64,000 nucleotides of DNA from the human T2T-CHM13v2.0 reference genome, Homo sapiens. The notes beneath the pieces were generated by a model, which made no database searches, was not told the DNA's origin, and saw only the letters and a program-made list of their open reading frames with translations. The position numbers were made by a program, and so were the translations under genes. Positions 58,644-64,000 of the stretch are shown piece after piece. Position 1 is the stretch's first letter, and each line of letters starts with the position of its first letter. Location: the NCBI RefSeq assembly GCF_009914755.1, contig NC_060925.1, one strand, 5' to 3'.

Positions 58644-58930
58644 CGCCAGGCACGGTGGCTCACACCTATAATCCCAGCACTTTTCAAGGCTGAGGAGCGT
58701 GGATTGCTTGAGCTCAGGAGTTCAAGACCAGCCTGGGCAACGTGGCGAAACCCTGTCTCTACAGAAAATACAAAAATTAGCTGGGCATGGTGGCACGCAC
58801 CTCTAGTCCCAGCTACTCGGGAGGCTGAGGTAGGAGATCACTTGAGCCAGGGAGGTAGAGGTGGCAGTGAACCAAAATCATACCCCTGCACTCCAGCCTG
58901 GGTGAAGCAGCGAGACTCTCTCAAAACAAA
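58644..58930 (+). mobile_element. Alu (AluJ-like)
   Basis: Dimeric Alu inside L1M ORF1 debris. Confidence 0.9.
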
Positions 58931-60256
58931 GTTTGAAAAGAAATGAAAAATCCTGAAAGAAGCCAAAGGGAAAAAATACTGAACCTATAGAAAAGCAAAG
59001 ATAAGAAATACATCTGACTTGTCTCAGAAACCATTCAAGCAAGAAGAGAGTAGAGTGAAATATCCATATATATATAGATAAAAGGATATATGAGATTTGC
59101 TTCAAAATAATGATGTATGAAAAAATCAAATTCCTACAAAAAGAAAACATTTACATAACATATAGGAAAAAGTGAATACTCACATATGTATGTGTGCATG
59201 TGTGTGTATATTTATGTATGTGTATATATGTACACACAAATACACACAAATAAATAATATTTTATTTAAAACCTTACAACAAATAAAACACGTAAGCCAG
59301 ATGACTGCACTGGTGAATTTATTTTCAAAATGCCAGTGATGTGCATACTCCTAGGAAACAGTAAAAGAAAGAATACTTCTCAACTTATTTATGAGCCCTG
59401 CAAAATCTTGATACTAAAACCTGACAAGGACCTTATAAGCAAAGAAAAACGACAGGCAATCTATTTCAGGAACAGAGATGCAAAAATCCTAAACAAAATA
59501 TTATCAACTCAAATCAACTAATATACAAATATGGTTTAATATTAAAAAATAATGCAGCATAATTCACCAAATGAACAGAATAAAAGAGAAAAAAAGGTGT
59601 TTCATAAAATTTAACCACTATTTATGCTTTTAAAAAATCTCAGCAAACTAAGACTAGAAGGGACCTTTTTTAATGTGATACAGGCTTTCTACCAAAAACC
59701 TATAGCAAACATCATACCAAGTGGTGAAAGTTAAAACTTTCCCTCTGAGATAAAGAGTAAGACATACACTTCATTCATGGCTATCATTTACTTCAACATT
59801 TTACTGGAGTTCTGAGCCACTGCAATAAAGCAATAAAAATAAATTAAAAGATTTAACAACAAGAAAAGAGAAACTATGATGTTCATTATTTAAAGACAAT
59901 GCAAACACAAAATGTTCAAAGTAATCTAAAGACACATTTCTTTTAAATTAACGTATATAGCAAAGTTGCTAAAACAAAGATAATATGCCAAAGTCAAATG
60001 TATTTTTATGTAACAGCAACAATTAGAAACAATGTTATAATCTGTTTTTTAAATGTGAAATACCTAGAACAATACTGAATGAAAGATGCTTAGACTGCGA
60101 CACAGAAAAGTATCTACATTATCATGTATAATTAAAGAAGTTGAAAATTAATAGAGAAATATATATATTTGAGAGACATCAACAAATCACAATGTATGGA
60201 ATTTATCTGAGTCTCAATTCAAACACAAGACTATTTTAAAAATTATAAAACAGGGA

Positions 60257-60581
<325 letters not shown>

Positions 60582-61141
60582 CATTTTTGTTTTTTGTTGT
60601 TGTTGTTTGGTTTTTTTTGTTTGATTTTGAACAACATCAACATCCATGTGAATGACTCATCCAATAGTTCTCTGACCTCCTCAAAGCCAGGACACCTATG
60701 GAAGGATTCTGATTATATAGTTACATACCTGATTCTTCTTTTACTAAAATGGATGTTCTTTTAAACAAAGGGTCTGTATTTTATGCATTTCTTAATTCTC
60801 TATATTGTCTTTTAGTAATTGTGTCTGTACAGGTAATTTAAAAACATTTAAACTAATCTTAGTTATTATCATAGATCACTGGATAAGCAACTTTTGCTTA
60901 AAAAGACTTTTCTATCAACCCTCAAATAACACAATATATCCTATGAATACATCATGCTTCTTCTAATCTCATTATCAATAAATGGAAGAACAAAAAAGGG
61001 AAAATGCTGAAGTGGTACTAATATGAGTTTGGCTTCTATGAAACTTGACTGACCTTACAATAATTATAATGATTAAGCACAAAGCAAAATCCTGTCTTCT
61101 AGAAAATATCTGAGCATACAATAAAATTTCATTAGAAATCA

Positions 61142-61436
<295 letters not shown>

Positions 61437-61644
61437 AAAAAAGCAAGAAAGCAAGAGAGGAAGGAAGGAAGGAGGGAAGGAAGGAAGAAGGGAAGGAAGG
61501 AAGAAGGGAAGGAAGGAAGGAGGGAAGGAGGGAGGGAGGGAAAGAGAGAGAGAGGAGAGGAGAGGGGAGGGGAAGGAGAGGGAGGAAGGAAAAGGAGAGA
61601 GAAGAAAGGGAAGGAGAAAGAGGAAAGGGAAAGGGAAGGGAAGA
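61437..61644. repeat. Polypurine GGAA/GGGA/GA low-complexity tract
   Basis: About 200 bp almost entirely A/G, lying inside the Alu TSD. Confidence 0.93.
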
Positions 61645-62637
61645 AGAAATCAAATGAGTTAAACAATCTTAGGATACGCTCAGTTTCTTAATTTTCCATA
61701 TATACTAACACTATATTTTTCCTGAGGTCAATTACTCTGCAACCTCAACTATTTGAAAAACATGATTACAAACTAGAAAATACTTTAAAAACAAAAAACT
61801 TATGAGTAATCAAAACAGTGGTATTTACTACCATTTAAACAGTATCTTCTGTGTGTCAAGACTAAGCTTCTATTAGCTTCAAACAAATCCTCAAAACAAC
61901 CCTAACAAGGTAAGTACTACCTCTATTTTACAGATAAAAAACAGAGACTAAAGGCTAATGTTATCAAAGATAACAGTTCCTGACCTCAGGTATTACTGTC
62001 TTCAAACCTGTGTTCTTTTCACTAACAACTCGACTAGAACTAGAAAATAGTGATTTACAAAATATACGTGGTATTTGAATGAGGAGTAGAATAAAGAAAT
62101 AAGACAGTTGCTAGAGGGAGACAAGGATGAAGACAGGAAATATTTCTTTTTAGGGTGGAAATGCACAACATGTTTATATAGGGTAAGAAAGCAGCAACGA
62201 GAAAGACACTAAGGAAATGGGGCTTACGGGATACATCTAATGAACAAGCTCCTAGAGATGGCATGAGGAGATAAATAAAGAAGACATGTAAACAGAATAA
62301 CTTTAAACAGAACAGAGAAACCTCATCCTGTAAGACTGGGCAAAGATAAGTATGGGTAAGGGTAGGTTACTTTTAGGACAGAGCACAATAAACTTAGGCA
62401 CATCACTACTATTATCTCAATTTTGGTCAGTGAAATGGGAAGTAATCATCTCTTCATCTTAAGAATACTAGAGTTTAAACAAGGGGACACCTGATATGAA
62501 AAATGAATATGTTTACAATATCAATGATAGAAATTAAAGAGAAAGTTTTCCAAGAAGTAAAAGGAGTCCAAGGTAGTAATGAGAAGCAATTTATGATGGT
62601 ACTGATTTGAAGGTCATGAGAATCTATCCATCTGATA

Positions 62638-63360
62638 CTATGAAATATATATTTGGTCTTCATCCCCCTCCAAAGGACTGTCTTTTTGTATGCCAATACT
62701 GACTGATAGCTTCAGGATGGGCCTGGTCACTGGAAAGACAAGAGTATGATTAGAGTTGGGACTTGCAGCACCCCCCACAAACTCTAGGAGGAGAGAGGAG
62801 TGGAGGGTCAAGTTGATCACCAATGGCCAATGGTTTAAACAATCATGCCTATGTAATGATGCCTCTGTAAAAACCCAAGAAGACAGTTTCTGAATAGCTA
62901 GCATGTGGAGGTTCCTGGAGGGTGGCTCATCCAGGGTGGGCATGGAAGCTCCGTGCCCCTTCTACTATACGTCATGCTATATATCTCTTCATCCATATTC
63001 TTTATACTAGCCTTTATAATAAACTGGTAAACATAGGTTTAAGTGTTCCTCTGAGCTTCGTAAGCTGCTCTAGCAAATTAGTCAAAGAGAGGATCACGGG
63101 AACCCCAACTTCAAGCCAGTCAGGAGGAAGTTCCAGCCTGGACTTGGGCCTGCTGTCTTTAGGGGCTGCAGGATATGAGGGACTAAACCCCTCAATCTGT
63201 GGGATCTGACACTATCTCCAAGTAGAAAGGGTCAAAATTAAATTGGAGGACACTCAATTGGTATCTGCTGAAGAAGTTTATTGCTTGCTTGGTGGTGGGG
63301 AGAACCCCTACCACTTTGGTCACAGAAGTCTTCTTCTGTGTTGATGATTGTTGTGGTAAA
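62638..63360. mobile_element. MER21-type LTR remnant
   Basis: gtcaagttgatcaccaatggccaatggtttaa..catgcctatgtaatga motif. Confidence 0.6.
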
Positions 63361-63544
63361 AGAGAATAGAGAAAAACATGGCTTGAAGCAACAACAAACT
63401 AACCTAGTATAAGAGCCAGGGAGGCAAGTTGCAGCATTGACCCAGTAATAGACGCTTATTAAGAATCTTCTACATGTTAGCTTTGATGTGACATTTGATA
63501 TAATGAAATAAATAAGGTAAAATAAGATGTAGAAAGAAAGTTTC

Positions 63545-64000
63545 ACAGCAGAATACTATTGAGCCATGAAAAAGAATGAAATCTTATCATTTGCAATAAC
63601 ATGCATAAACCTAGAGGACATTATGTTAAGTGAAATAAGCACAACACAGAAAGAAAAAATGATGCATTATCTCACTCATTGATGAAATCTAAAAAAAACT
63701 ATGATATAACAGAAGTAGAGAGCAGGATAGTAATAACCAGAGCTTGGGTAGGTTAAGAGGAAGAGAGGATGAGGAAATACTGATTGATGAGTACAAGATT
63801 ACAGTTAGATAGGATGGACTAATGCTGGTGATCTATTGCACAGTAGGGTGACCATAGTTATCAACAATGTATGGTATATTTCAAAATGGCTAGAAGAGAG
63901 GCCTCTGAATAGTCTCAGCAAAAAGAAACAATAAATGTTTGAGGTGCTAGATATGCCAATTATCCTAATTTGATCATTACACAATGTATAAATGTATTAA
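63545..64000 (+). mobile_element. L1MA-type 3' end
   Basis: aagaatgaaatcttatcatttgcaataacatg...ggacattatgttaagtgaaataagc motifs. Confidence 0.8.

Larger units (their letters stand above)
56840..60160 (+). mobile_element. Fragmented old L1M (5' region plus ORF1/ORF2 debris)
   Basis: ORF1-like EMKNAFDELTIRWDMAEERI and ORF2-like NRDAKILNKILS peptides in the ORF track. Confidence 0.75.

Overview
AT-rich, repeat-dense primate (very likely human) genomic DNA lying inside a minus-strand protein-coding gene that I recognise from the joined translation as SPATA6. Seven internal coding exons (55833-55874, 54187-54311, 46525-46605, 42079-42372, 37995-38082, 28038-28078, 2333-2517; probably exons 4-10) have canonical GT-AG ends and splice into one continuous open frame. 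The introns hold a full-length dead L1PA3/4-type LINE-1, a full-length 2.75-kb SVA (probably SVA_F), two THE1 MaLR proviruses, three solo THE1 LTRs, about a dozen Alus, and older L1M/L2/MIR/MLT/DNA-transposon remnants. I see no CRISPR array, RNA gene or novel gene system. The most interesting signals are: a sense-oriented SVA ~0.9 kb after an exon, with an in-frame acceptor and its own poly(A) signal; an extended L1 ORF0 that reads out of the element; a THE1 provirus with mismatched LTRs and no TSD, near a template-switch scar that resembles its LTR junction; and the sense orientation of all young L1/LTR/SVA insertions. Repeat subfamily names come from remembered consensus motifs, not a RepeatMasker run, and boundaries of old repeats are approximate.
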